Shown: positions 23,722 to 36,949 of the stretch, piece by piece | Layout: the number at the start of each line of letters is the position of its first letter | Numbering within the stretch: position 1 is the stretch's first letter | Source: Paraspadella gotoi | Lineage: Eukaryota; Animalia; Chaetognatha | Direction of reading: 5' to 3' | Assembly (NCBI GenBank): GCA_051294375.1 | Contig: CM119267.1 | Location: 18,881,439-18,945,438, forward strand | Length of the DNA: 64,000 bases | The notes under the pieces: model-generated | The model's database searches: none | What the model saw: only the letters and a program-made list of their open reading frames with translations | Told to the model about the DNA's origin: nothing | Made by a program: the position numbers and the translations under genes

Positions 23722-26700
23722 CAGGGTCACGCGTGCTCGTCCGAATGCTACGATCTCCGCATCCGACGCCGACGCCCTTCCAGCCAAACCGCGTCTTCGT
23801 CGTCTACTCATCAGCGGGCGGCGACATACCGCCCTCAAATTTCGTCGTCGAAACGCCGGGACCACCGGCGGCCCGTCGCCGTCTGCGCGCCAGAGAGGGC
23901 GCCTCATCAGATTGCAAAACGGTGTTTCTGCCAAACGCACGCGTCCCTCCCGGACCGGCGGCCGCGGCGCGAGGGGGCGTCGGCAAGGTCGCCGATTCAA
24001 TGATCCACCCAGGAAGTTAGTTCTCTGAACGGTGACACCGCGTAACGCAGAGAACATCGAGGAGCGAACGCCACGATCTTTTATACGAAGGTAAGACCTA
24101 TAGATCACACTTACTCTCAACTCCAGTCTCTACTCTTTCTCCTTTAATTTCTTATTTCTTGATTGTGACTGAAATAACCAGTGGGGCGTTTTATTTTCGT
24201 TTGAAATATTGCAAAGATATATATTTGTATTACTTCTCATTGACTAGCGAGTTTGCTTCCCTTTACCTCACTTTGAAAAAAAAATATATAAGTTACTACT
24301 TATTTACTCATGAATATTAGCAAAAAATTTTACTTACCTTCAGATCATAGCGAGTTGAATAGATTTAAAAGGGAAATAATAAGAACGCAAATGGTGAAAT
24401 TCCCCGACTACAAACCCGTAGATATTATAATAGAGAAGAAGCGGCATCATCTGGAAAACCATCTTTCCAACTATATTATCCCGAAGCCACATCTAGATTC
24501 TCGGAACATCCGATTACTGAAACAAATTTAATCTTCCATTATTAGAACAAAATAAAAGTTTTAATCTAAGTTCAATGAAAAATGCATGCAACAGTTAAAA
24601 GATTATTTTAAATTCAAGGGAATCAATAAGATATTAATTAATATATTTACAATTATTAAAAACTACGATATTATATACCTCTAACCTCTTACTCCATCTA
24701 AAGGCGACCGGACCTTCACGATCAACGTACGAACATCAATACGACCGTCAAACAAGTGACCCAACAGAGCAACCCACCGTAGCCAACATCGACTTTCTCA
24801 AGTTCTCTCCACTCTACGGCCGCCACCGCCGACCCACCCGTCAACCATAGCAAAGAAGACGGCGCACCAATTCCGCGTACCACCTCGTCGTACGTCGTCA
24901 AGGCCGATACTCCGACGGACGAAAAACGAACGGGCAAGAGCCAACGGACATGACAAGCCCGTACGCCACTGAATCATACGGTCGCCGGAAACAGCAGATG
25001 GAGTCAACTTCAGAGTTGTGAGAACTTTTCTTAACCTCTTTTAAATTTGTTGAAAAGGTAAAACCTACATGTACTATCGAATGCTTATTAAAATAGAAAT
25101 CGTTATTGCAATTAATGTTACAGGCCTTCTTGTTAGATTTGTTTTGCGCAGTGTTTACAAGTAACAGATATACTTTTTAAATATAATATTCCAATAAATA
25201 GCGTAACAGTACCCAAATTTCATAAATAATAGCAAATCGCAAATTATTATAAACTTATATGCAGAGACTTGGAATATAGAGTGAGATAGAATGTAGATTG
25301 CGTCAGACTCTGGGAGATAGAAATGGCGCACATCCATTAACCAATACAAATGCTATAAATATTGCCATAGTTGGTTTTAAGTTATTAAAACAAGCAATTT
25401 TGCGATAAAATTTTAATCATCATTGTTATTAAATTCAATCATTTTTGGAAACTTTCGCTCAAATTATTCTCATGACCCACTTTCCTTTACCTCTTTAGGT
25501 GAACGACCCACTCTCGACAGCGACACGCGGTCGCCGCCTACAACATCACCTTTGAGGCGCGCCGACGCCGGGACCGCCGCCACGCAGACGACCCATGCGC
25601 CGTCGCCAGACCTCTCGCGCTTCCGCAGTAAGGCACGGACGCTAAAAACGACCACAGCACCTCAATTCCAAAAAAGAAGGACTACAGGGCTGGAGTTGTC
25701 GGAGGGAGCCCATGTTAGGTGAGAATTGGGCTGCGGGAAAAATCTTATTCCATCGATAAGTATTTAAATCTCATATATTTCAATAATCATGCAGTAAAGA
25801 TTAAAATATAATTTAAAATATCTAAACAAAATTTATGCACATACATTTTTTATGTAATTGAGAAGGTGACAGTATTCTGCTTTTGCCATTTAAACGAAAA
25901 TGAATCTTTTTCTGGTTATGTAAGAAGTTTTTGTGCCGTTTGTAACGCCTAGAGAAGAGACCGCGAACTAAAGATATAAATATATCATATAATTGCCGAC
26001 TCTGGATCCACTGCAACAGATTGCTTCCCGTCAAGTCTACAGGACGTAACTGTGGTACGACATTAAATATGACTTGCTTCATAAAAGACAATTATTCTTC
26101 TCCGTTTCTTGAGAAGAAATACTTAATTATATAAAACTGCCACACGAATGAAGAGCGGACAAATCAACCCTCTGCCCTAACCCCCGATCCCATTCTCTCA
26201 CCTTCTTAGGCACCTTCATCAGCCTCCATTTTCCGCCACCGACAGAGCGACTACCGGTTCCCAACCGCCGAGATACGGAGTTAAACTCACAATCGCCGCC
26301 ACGGGCGCCGCCGACGACACGACATGGCCGCCGCCCTGGTTCGTCATCGACGCCGCCACTGGCCTGCTTGACCACCCAAGGCGCCGCTCGCATCGGAAAC
26401 GGCGTCGCGCGATCCGTCGTCAACGTCACCGCCACCGCACGCAACGGCGGCTGCCGAGGCGTTCGCCAATAGTTGCAAGCAGTGAGACGCCGTGCGTTTC
26501 GTCACACGCCTGAGCGACAGAGCAACGACCGACGTCGTGGCGCACGCGATGCGAACCGGAAGTGACGCCGAGTGAGCGTGGCAGCTAGCAATCAGGAGGG
26601 TGGAAGAGATCAGTTGACGAAGGTTGAAGGTCGGTCGACGGAGATTTGCGTGTGAGTTTTTAGGTATGTTTTTTTGTTTTGTTTTCTGTTTTTGTTTTTT

Positions 26701-28978
26701 GGTTTTTTTTTTGGCGTGTTTAGGAGAGCGACGCAGGTACGTGCGTGATCTGCGTAGCGGTTAAATTTTACTTTCTTTTTAAACGATACCATCTAAAACA
26801 GTAAACCGAACCTAAACAAGTTTACACCCGACAAAGCTTAATAAAAATGCATATGTCAAATGAGAGCATTTTAGCTTAACTTTGCATATATTGAATCTTG
26901 CAGTTCGAAGAAAATTTCTCAAATATATACTTTTTCCTAAAAAATGCCAACCATAAAGGCCAAGCCCGTTGTCACACATCCTCTACTACAAGGCTCAATG
27001 TACGAATTCTCAATGTGTCAACCGCAGTGTTACCGAGAGGCCAAATACGACATGAAACGATTGCACAAACTAGGCGCAAGACACGACCAATATTAGTTGA
27101 TAACTTCACAGCCCAACCAGCCAAGAGGCCAATCAGTTAACCAAATTGGCTGCCATTCACTAGGCCAAAAATCTGATATACTTTACAGACCAACTGCAGG
27201 CCAATCAATTACCAAATTGGCTGCCATTCCACTAGGCCAATAGCTAGCTTACACTTTACTAGCCAGCCGCGAAACAGCCAATCGATGAGCCAAATTGGCC
27301 AGCCAACCCGGAAAACGTCCATCGTCACGGCGACTAACTTGCTTCCAACAGTACCACAATCTCGTCAATAAGTCACAGAAAACGATTCGCTGGTAGATCA
27401 GAATAAAAAAGAGAAAAAATTTCTCTGACATCGATTTCGCCTCCATCTCTCGAAATCCCTCATCGCTCCTCCCTTAAGAAGACATAATTCGTACGGTTTG
27501 GGTACGCGACCGGACAGGACGACGAGAGGAGACGGCACCGAATCGAGACGCAAGAGAGAGACAGACGAAAGATGAAGAGAGAGAGGAGAGAGACGAGAGA
27601 GAGAGAGAAGAGAGACGAGAGAGAGCAGGAAGATCTTGTTTTATTCCCGACTAAGAAGATAATTTGTCGTTTGGTTTATGGAAAAAGAGTTGAAGCGGAC
27701 CGACGACTAGGAACGACGACGACGAGACGAGACGACGGACGGACAACGGACGACGAAAAACGGCAACGGACGACGACGTACGGACAGATGAACGACGAGG
27801 TGATCAACACAAACGAAAATTCCAGCTGTCCCTTTCAAAAAAGAGGAAAAGGCAAAATTGCGGCAGAAATGAGGGAAGGGATGAGGAAAAGAGAACTACA
27901 AGAGAACAGGAAGAGCGAGAAACAGAATAACAGAAACAGAAGAGAACAGGAAAAGAACAGCAAGCAGCAACAAAGGGAAACGCGGTTAATATTCGACGAA
28001 ACAGATATACGAATGACGAAATCTCCTGGACAACTATTGACCCCGACGAAGGAGGGTAACTGCAGGAAGGAGGAGGAGGAGGAGGACGAGCAGGAGGAGG
28101 AGGAGAAGCTACGAAGACGACGACAAACAAACACAAACCGCGAATCTTTAACGTCTTTTGCTTTTTGTTATACCGTATTCTCCTAGCTTCTTCTTATCTA
28201 TTCCGAACCGATTTCGCCGGTTTTATTTTTTATAAAACACAAATTCGCCTAACTGATAATGATAGAAGCCAGATGAACTATAAAGCGAATGGAGTTGAAC
28301 CCGATTCGCTAAGCATATAAGACGAATTATTTCTCCCGCTCGGCACCGCATGGCAGCTGCTTTAATTGTACAGGTCAGTATGTTTTTCATTTCATTTTTT
28401 TTTTTGATTTATGTATACAAGTTTTATTAAACGTTTCTAATTTAAAATAATGAACGCTCGTTAATATCCCAAAAACTCGCAAACTCAGCCAAGTATCATC
28501 AAGCATTCATCAAATACCATTGTTTATTAACCAACAACATAGCTCGTAGAACACGGCTCCCTAATTTTTTTATCTGCAGATAGATAATAACAGGACTCGG
28601 GGCTAATAAAACCTCAAGACCTAGACCGCTACATGAACCTGATATACCACAAGAACTCAACCACCACCCTTAGAACCCTCCCTCCACCCTCCCCTACCCT
28701 CTACTCCTCTACTCCAGCTCCAACGGAGCCGTCTCCCCTCCGACTACCACCCAACGCACCCAGACGCCCGCTTTTCCCGGACGTCTTTTCCGTATTCACG
28801 GGCGCAGGCGTCGCTCCGTTCCGGGCGTCCGACTTCCGGCGGCTTCGCATCGAGAGTGCCGGCGCGCCGTCCTATTCGATCGTCGTTTACGTTCGCCCAA
28901 GAGACGCGTAGGCAGCTCGCACGAGAAGATCGATCCACGTGCGTCGCTGGAGGGTTTGATGATCGACCGACGAGAACG
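23722..28978 (+). CDS. Probable exons of an unidentified Ser/Thr/Pro/Arg-rich protein gene (about 23722-24090, 24704-25017, 25499-25718, 26210-26481, 28718-28978)
   Basis: GC-rich islands in AT-rich DNA, each preceded by a pyrimidine tract plus AG and mostly followed by a donor (gtaaga 24091, gtgaga 25719, gtgagt 28979). Frames are broken by indels and no domain was recognised. Confidence 0.45.
26556..26670 (+). promoter_or_regulatory. Candidate internal promoter (ETS-CRE composite motif)
   Basis: CCGGAAGTGACG at 26556-26567, 'gcaatcag' at about 26588 and a downstream donor-like ag|gtatgt at about 26663. Confidence 0.3.
27110..27305. repeat. Short tandem duplication rich in CCAAT/ATTGG
   Basis: 'ggccaatca..ta.ccaaattggctgccattc.actaggccaa' occurs twice, about 72 bp apart, plus a partial third copy. 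Confidence 0.7.
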
Positions 28979-29047
28979 GTGAGTTTTATATATTCTTCTT
29001 AAAATGTATTCAAAAACAGTTAATGAAATCTTTAATAAATTAACCTT

Positions 29048-29612
29048 TAGAGACAGTTTGAGTTTAGTTTTTGAAAACGATTTAAATGTAAATCAAACAG
29101 ACCATGTTTTCGGGCTTCATTTCACAAGCCCGTCATCAAGCATTAGTGAACTTTGAAAATATTTTCTGGTGTAAAGGAAAGAGAGAAAGAGAGGATAAAC
29201 AGAGAGAGAGAGAGAGAGGAGGCAGAAAGTTTTCCAACACAGGAGTTTAAACAGGACCAGTGGGTCAATTGGTGCAGACTGGCTGAAGTTTGAGAAAAAG
29301 ACAGAAGTAAGTTGTGAAAAGAAGTGGAAATGGTCGAAAAAGACGAGAGAGAGAGAGGTAGAGAGCAAAACACAGTGAGAAAAATTCTTTACTATTGATT
29401 CACCAGTGATAAACAATAAAGAAAAATTTTAAACTGCCCAATGGAAAATATTAGTGAAGTATAGACAATTTAATCTACTTAAAATACATTGAGTGAGAGT
29501 AAAAACAGGAAATTCTGAAATATTGAAAGGATAAGATTTGAGAAGATGAGTTAGTGGTAAAAGTTGAATTAAAGTATGAAAATTGAGACAGTACAAGAAT
29601 AGAGCTCAAAAA
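29048..29612 (-). mobile_element. Third pseudo-LTR copy of the Penelope-like family
   Basis: Colinear with 19770-20305 and reverse complement of 20516-21075. A hammerhead-like motif at about 29097-29149 reads 'cttgatgacgggctt...aagcccgaaaacatggtc' on the minus strand. Confidence 0.75.
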
Positions 29613-29619
29613 ATGAGCT

Positions 29620-31700
29620 GGACCCCTTGGCATGAGGCAAAATGAGAGGCAAATGCATCGATGAAGGCCGGGTCATTGCGCATGCTCATAGGCTGATGCA
29701 TAGACAGTTGGAATTGCAGCTTGTCATGATGCGTCAGGAAGAGTTACCTGCCGGGAAGAGCCCAAGTGAAAATATATCGAAATGTTCTCTGGCCATTGAT
29801 CAACGCACTTGAACCGACTGCCCTCTTCTCGCCTGCTGGCGAGCAGGGCGGTTGTCACGTTTTTCTTGCCGCTTTTGCGACAGAGACAAGTGTCGGAGCT
29901 CCTCTCCCTACACTCCATGTAGCCGCCGTTTTGGTTCGGGCCGCCCATTCCACCAGGAGGAAGGGACTGAGTTGCAACTAACATTCGCAGAGAAAAGACG
30001 GCCATCGATCCTGTCCATTGCCTTGCTTCAAGGGTCTAACCGCCTAATTTCGTTGAGTTGGCAAATAGGGGGAATCATTGCAATATCTATGGGCGTGGGT
30101 AAAGCGTGGCGGCGCGCGCCTCCACCACGCTTTTGATAATGCGAATCATTAGCTAATGGAGCGAAGGTCGAATCGTACCTACCCATTCTCAACGATTCAA
30201 AAAGAGCCGGCTCAAGCGGCTATTGCATTGTCATATTGCCTCTCTAATACCTCTGAAGAACCAGTTTCAGGGTCATGGGACAGCAACGAGACAGTCCTGT
30301 TTCTACTAAACATTACATGGCCAGTACTTTACCAGTCAATGCTCGGCATACATGCGGAACAAAGTAATGCAACCGCCGCGGCCATCACGACTAATTAAGG
30401 TTATACGTGTGCTGCTTGAAAAAATTCGATCCGTCAGACGAATTTGCCTGTCTCGCCCAACGTACTGCTGACCTGTACAGCAACTTGCAGTATACCCATG
30501 CCTGCACAGGACCCGACCAATAGATGGGCTCCTGATATTTTTTCAGAGGTCTGCCCGGGATTATCTTTCAGGTTTCAAACCAGTGAACATGCTCACGCAG
30601 AGAACCGCGGGTACGTTCACTGAACGTGGGCAGATCCCTCGCTTTTGCTAGCACCCGCAACCAATGAACCTACCAGTGATCCCTATCGGTCAGGTAGGCG
30701 GAGAGAACAAGTGACCCACGTTCTCTAAGGCCGCTTCTGCTTATCTATCACGGCAGTGCCGCCTGGGCTGGGGCAGCCGCGTCGGCTCTAATTCAGGCCA
30801 GCAAAACGCTCCCTCTCTTTCCTCCTGGGCGTGGATAGGTAGAGTCTGTCAGTGAGCGCGCTAATAATACTTGGGGCAGCCCTGGGTGGCACACTGCCCC
30901 AACTTCAAGGCCATGGGCCGCGTGCACAAAGCGATAACCTAGCCTTCTCGAAGGCCCACAATACGAGGCGATTAACCCATTGATCGCAAGAGCTCTTTTG
31001 GACAGTAGCTCAACAGCTCACAAGGCGGCCTGAAGCATCGGCGACGCGATCGACGCGAATCAGCTGCAGCCCTTCTTAGCGCTAAGGCGATCACATGAGG
31101 ACCGCATGGCAGCAGCTTAGTTGTCGACAAAGGGGGCACATGAAGAGCATCAAAGCGGAAATGTATTCGCGTCTGGTGCTGCAGGAATTCGGATTTGCGA
31201 TAGACTGAAAAATTCCCAAAATGCAAACCAGCCCACATTTGCGCTGAATTAGCACAAAATCGCAGACATTGGAATTCGACCCATTTCATCCTCACTTCTC
31301 ACATGTCACACTTTGATGCTCCGACATGGCATGCTGTCAAAGTGATTTTCTAGGACGCGTCCTCCCAATAGAACAGGTCCCTTCCTCCACGGCCAGCTAT
31401 CTATTACTCGTCTGACCTTTCCCGATAACAAGAAAGCAGAACTGACCTTTCTGACCCCATTGACCAACATTATCCGAAAAAAGAGCGCCAAACGCCTCCT
31501 CCACCCATTCATAGTTCCTCCATTATAAACAGTCTGCCAGAGGAAACTTGATGTTGATTTGCCCATCACCTAAGCCACCAGGCTGAGGTAAACATAGTTA
31601 TTGTTCACAATCCGAACCTGAAGTACGCCAAGCTTCCAGAGTCAAGCCCGCCAGCAAGTGCCATAGATATCATCTCAATTGGATTGGCGTAACGCTCGCT
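29620..31700 (+). pseudogene. Heavily decayed Penelope-like RT/GIY-YIG body (tentative)
   Basis: A block of about 50% GC with faint motifs in the expected order: 'LPVSPNVLLT' (cf. LPFLDVLL, ~30445), 'PTNRWAPDIFSEVCP' (cf. RKPTxTxxYLxFxSxHP, ~30512), 'TLPQLQG' and 'NLAFSKAHNTRR' (cf. LPYxxG, VxFKPxNTLR, ~30890-30970), 'WHAVKVIF' (~31327). It ends in a hammerhead-like remnant at 31618-31697. Confidence 0.35.
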
Positions 31701-31704
31701 GTGA

Positions 31705-32010
31705 TACAAGTTGAAAAATGATTCGAGTTGAAAAAATAGTGCAAATTGAAAAAAAATGATGTGAGTTGAAAAAATGATGCAAGTTGTAAAATTATGCGAA
31801 TTAAAAAAAATTATGCAAGTTTAAAAAACGGAGAGAGTTAAAAAAATGGAGTGAGTTAAAAAATGATGTCAGTAGAAAAAATGATGCAAATTGAAAAAAA
31901 TGATGCAATTTAAAAAAATGTTGCAAGTTAAAAAAATGATTCAAGTTAAAAAATGATGCAAGTTGAAAAAATGATGCAAGTTGAAAAAATGTTGCAAGTT
32001 TGAAAAAATA
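31705..32010. repeat. Minisatellite of about 18-19 bp (aaaaaatgatgcaagttg)
   Basis: About 16 tandem copies are visible. Confidence 0.9.
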
Positions 32011-32334
32011 ATAACTGTAAAATTTGTAATTATTTCTACCATAGTATCGTAACAATTCAGTTTAATCCCTTGCAAGCGATTTACATGTATCCGACATTGT
32101 TTGCTCAAACTTATTTTCCTACTATCTACTCGAAAGCAAAACTCTCTCACAACAAAAATACTTCTTTTTGCAATTGGTAAATGTAAGAAAGCATTTCTAG
32201 GAAATTGGATTTGTAACGAAGTTACTGCAGTAGTACTTCAGTCACTTTTTATCCTTGTCTACCGATAATGCAATGGGGAGAAATTCTAAGAGCACGGAAA
32301 CAAGTTTGTGCAAACAATGCCGAATTAGCAGTAA

Positions 32335-32550
32335 TTAATTAATTAATTAATTCACTAGTTGATTATGCTTTTTTTATAATGTTCGATGTTATTCCTTTAG
32401 TTAATTAATGTGTAATTAATTAAAAAATTAATTGATTATTTTATTTTAAAAAAAATTAATTAATTATTTAATTAATTACATATTAATTAACTAAAGGAAT
32501 AACATCGAACATTATAAAAAAAGCATAATAAAATAGTAAATTAATTAATT
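32335..32550. repeat. AT-rich palindrome of about 210 bp (MITE-like foldback)
   Basis: 'attatgctttttttataatgttcgatgttattcctttagttaattaat' pairs with 'attaattaactaaaggaataacatcgaacattataaaaaaagcataat'; the centre is at about 32448. Confidence 0.85.
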
Positions 32551-35066
32551 ATCTGATTAGACATTGTTTGCTCAAACTCAAAACAACGACGTTGATGATG
32601 GCGACCACGACAACAATAAAACCGATGACTAATTGATTGATTGATACACAGTAAAATAATTTTTATAAAAAAAAAATTTATCGACGTATTATTGGCCGGG
32701 ACATCAGGGCACTCATTTTCAAGGTTTAAAACATAGTGATAAAGTTTAAGCAAAGGCTTTTGTTACCTTAATGTTTTTCCCGGAAATTTGTTTTCTTGAT
32801 ACTGTGGTACAAACAAATGTAAACTTTAAAAACAGTACTAGATTATTGTAATTTAAAACATTACTTTTTGGCATAACAGTTAGAATTATGTTTGTGAAAA
32901 TTTTCAAATTACTTGTTTCACTATTTTTTATTTTTTATTTATATTTATTGAAAGATTTACCATTTAATCTATATTCTTTAAATATATATATATTGCTTTC
33001 TTAAAAATATTTTATTATCATTATATCTAATAACTCATTTTGGAATGGGAAGTCAGTGTTGTCTTCTGGAAATAGAGGGAGCATCTACACAACACAAGGT
33101 TAGATTACAATCTGTCCTAGTTTTCTAATAGATATCACACATCATTCCTGTTAGAAAATCATTAATGAAAAATCATAATATCTAATAGCTGAACAGAAAG
33201 GGGTGAATGGGTAATTTTGTGATGGGGGACCAAAGTTATATATGATTTTTTTAAAAAAAACTAATAGGGATAAGACTACAAAGTAGAATTGTATGTTCTG
33301 ATAGGGATACATACTGGAAAGGTCTATAGGGCACCTTTATGTCATGAATATATTTTTAAAATACTTTAATGAAATAAATTTTTTCCTTTATCCTAATTTT
33401 TAATTATTCTATTTCTGAATATTTTTTATCTATTATGTTTATTACAATGGGAAGGTCATCAGTTGGGAATACCCTTTCATGGAATTCGGCTCTTTAATCC
33501 CAATATCCAGGTTTAGGCGAGCCATCACCAAATTGGTGATCCTTCATTGTTGCTTATCCTATCTTTTAAAGATATATTTTTAATGTTTATCTTACACAGA
33601 CCAAAGCCCTGGTATCACAGCATTATTAATTTTAGGGAAATTTATTAAGGTTTTGCAATAATTTTAACTTTGTAAATAATTTAAATAAGTTAAAAAATTA
33701 GTTAAATAATAATTTAAATAATCAGGGTATGTTAATGTAAGTTAACATAAAGTTAATTAGGTATAATTTAAAAAATAAGTTACATCAAAGAGTTAAATAA
33801 GTTAAATAAGTTAAATAAATAGTATTTGATGTTATGATTATTATTATTATTATTATTATTATTATTTTAAGTGGTTTAATTTTGTTATTATTTAATATTT
33901 TTATTAGGAACTATCATGTATAGTCTTTTTTAAAAATAGATTAACATCAGTAAAATTATATTTTTTTAGTATTTCCCTTATAATTATTAAAAAATTTAAT
34001 TCCCTTTTTTCTTAAGTCCTTAAATATATAACCCTGACTTTGTAATTTTTTGCTTAAATTTATTGTACATTTTGTATTTCAAAAGATCAAGTCTCATCTT
34101 TCAATATCTTTTATATAGTAAATTTTTAAAATGCCTTCTTTTTTGTTTCGAATAACAGACAATGATTAAGGTGATGACAAAAGTAACGATGACACGGTGA
34201 CAAAGGTTACGACAAAGGTGATGACATTAATGACAGTTCAATAATTATTCGAAAAAGGGTTCTTGGTCGGCAATCTTGATAGTTGACTCCTTCGTCTCTC
34301 TGTCGGTCTGTGATTGGTCGGCTTTCTTATGATTAGCGAAGACGACGAGCAATCACGTCCGTCTACAGGTCCATTCCGTTGATGATATCAAGCAGACGGT
34401 AGATCTTACGACTATTTGATAATAAGAAGAAAAGATAAAAGATTAACAAAAAGAGAGAATGCTTTTTAATATTGTCTGTTCCGAAGACAAGTTAATACAA
34501 CAAAGTCTATCCTTCTGACAGTTTAATATTAAGGGATATACCTTATCAGGAACATTATATACGTTAAACAAGTCGATCAAATAAATAAATATCTGCAAAA
34601 GGCCAAAAACGTTGAGATTGTTAAAAACTTAGTATTTCTAAGGTAATACTTTAAATATATTACGATTTACTACTGGGTAATAACCCATTTTAATATATCT
34701 AAAATTGTTTTCAATAAATTTCGATTCATTTTAAATTTATATACCATGTAAAGCATAAAATAAAGCAAATATAGATTGGGAGCTGTATCTTAATTAGTCA
34801 CATTCGATATTCCATTTTAGTTTACAATAATTTGGGAGCAATAGACCATCCTGCCCTTAAAGACTAAGTAGTACATTGCATAGCGAGATTAGATGTGCAA
34901 ATAGATCCACCTTCAGCTTTAAACTCTCGCAAAGTTGTGTGGCATTTTCTTGCGATTTGATTAAAATATTTTAAAATTCAATAATGAATTGGACACCAAT
35001 CTTCATTTTTTTAGCTTTAAGCATAAATGTTGCGGATATTTNNNNNNNNNNNNNNNNNNNNNNNNN

Positions 35067-36595
35067 ATATATCTAAATGGAAATAACTATAATAAAAGTT
35101 AAGAATGTTAAACAAATAACAATTGACCCCCAAACATACTGTGCAACTTTGGACTTTCATCTGATACTAAGGCAGAAAAGCCGAATTTATAATGAGCACG
35201 TTCTACGTATTTAATCAGCGCAGTGTGTTTATCAATGTTGAAAAAAAATGAGATGATGAAAAATTAACGGAAACCATGAGTAAATATTCAGCACAAGTGT
35301 TGACATAATTACTATTTTCGACCCGCGTTGTAAATATCAAATTCAGAACTACTCTTTTTATTTCTGTGATAGAGAAGACTCTAAAAACCACCAGGGGAGT
35401 TAAAAATATAAACCACTTTAAAATATTTATCGTCCGGGTGAAAATGAAATATAAATATATAACAATGCCGATCGTTCCTTGTAGAACAGCTAAACCGATG
35501 AGGGGATAACTCTTCTCTCGCCGATTTGCAGCAGTCATCGCCAGATTCATGACAGACAATGAAAATGATATCAGCGTTTGATAATCTTTCAATCTCCATT
35601 TACAGAAAATATCTCTACCTAATCTGTCGACAGCATCGCAGAAGCAGGGCACCGACGTTTCAATGAGATTAGAATTTTCATCGAATTTGAATAAGGTTCC
35701 TCCCATCGTTAAATTTATTCCCAATAAATGTTATCGGGAAAACACTGCTCGTCCGTTCCAGACGTCCAAGAAACAACGAGAGCTAAACCCTGTAGGAGAA
35801 CTTGTGGAAAGGACTCGAGCATCAAGTGTATCAAATCGAGGGACTGGGCAATGTGATTCTTTGCGGCGATTGCATAATTTACGTGATCTCTCTGTGCTTG
35901 GTACTTTGTGTCCAGATAAATGTCAATGTGAAAAAGAATATTACTTAAACCGAGGCAGCAAGACAGTATGGTTGTTATTTTTTTCCAAATATTGCCGTAA
36001 AGTCTAGAAAAAACGGTCGATTGTTTTTTAATGCAGTGCCAAGTATAGGCGCCCGAAATTGTTATGTGCGTCGCTAATACAATTCCCATCGCAATTCCGA
36101 TTCTATGTTCTACGTAAAACTTCTTTTTAATAAAGAACATCATTTGTTGGAAATCAGTAATATTTTTAACTCCCCTGGTGGTTTTTAGAGTCTTCTCTAT
36201 CACAGAAATAAAAAGAGTAGTTCTGAATTTGATATTTACAACGCGGGTCGAAAATAGTAATTATGTCAACACTTGTGCTGAATATTTACTCATGGTTTCC
36301 GTTAATTTTTTCATCATCTCATTTTTTTTCAACATTGATAANNNNNNNNNNNNNNNNNNNNNNNNNNNNNNNNNNNNNNNNNNNNNNNNNNNNNNNNNNN
36401 NNNNNNNNNNNNNNNNNNNNNNNNNNNNNNNNNNNNNNNNNNNNNNNNNNNNNNNNNNNNNNNNNNNNNNNNNNNNNNNNNNNNNNNNNNNNNNNNNNNN
36501 NNNGAAAGTCCAAAGTTGCACAGTATGTTTGGGGGTCAATTGTTATTTGTTTAACATTCTTAACTTTTATTATAGTTATTTCCATTTAGATATAT
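35067..36595. repeat. Inverted duplication 35067-35405 versus 36165-36595, flanked by N gaps
   Basis: Near-identical reverse-complement arms, e.g. 'aaaccaccaggggagttaaaaatat' versus 'atatttttaactcccctggtggttt'. Confidence 0.9.
35215..36170 (-). CDS. XK-related (XKR) multi-pass membrane protein fragment, one frameshift at about 35720
   Basis: 'IHLMLESFPQVLLQGLALVV' matches the XK signature E(S/A)xPQxxLQ. It is followed by 'ISFSLSVMNLAM' and 'WFIFLTPLVVFRVFSIT' in the order expected for XK helices. The N-terminus is cut by an inversion junction at about 36170. Confidence 0.65.
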
Positions 36596-36949
36596 TGTTT
36601 ACAATACATTGTTTTTTTTAGATTAAACATTAAAGGTTAATTACAATATAAACGTAGGAAACGGATTGTTTCTTAAAAAAAAACTAAAAATTATATAATA
36701 TGATGAAAAACCGCTTTACATAAAAATTAAGTGTATAATACATTACCACAAATTGACCGCCAATCATAATCCGCTTGTCAGTAATCNNNNNNNNNNNNNN
36801 NNNNNNNNNNNNNNNNNNNNNNNNNNNNNNNNNNNNNNNNNNNNNNNNNNNNNNNNNNNNNNNNNNNNNNNNNNNNNNNNNNNNNNNNNNNNNNNNNNNN
36901 NNNNNNNNNNNNNNNNNNNNNNNNNNNNNNNNNNNNNNNNNNNNNNNNG

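Noticed and set aside
24310-26091. Short intronic ORFs (24310-24531 +, 25822-26091 -) faintly resembling LINE RT pieces
   Set aside because: No diagnostic catalytic motif, so they cannot be supported by eye.
30800-30870. Minus-strand 'ISALTDRLY', reminiscent of a flaviviral RdRp motif
   Set aside because: The following residues do not match and a stop follows. Plus-strand Penelope-like motifs explain the block better.
33040-33620. Possible LINE endonuclease remnant on the minus strand (YRP- and LLDI-like fragments)
   Set aside because: Too short and degenerate to support without a search.
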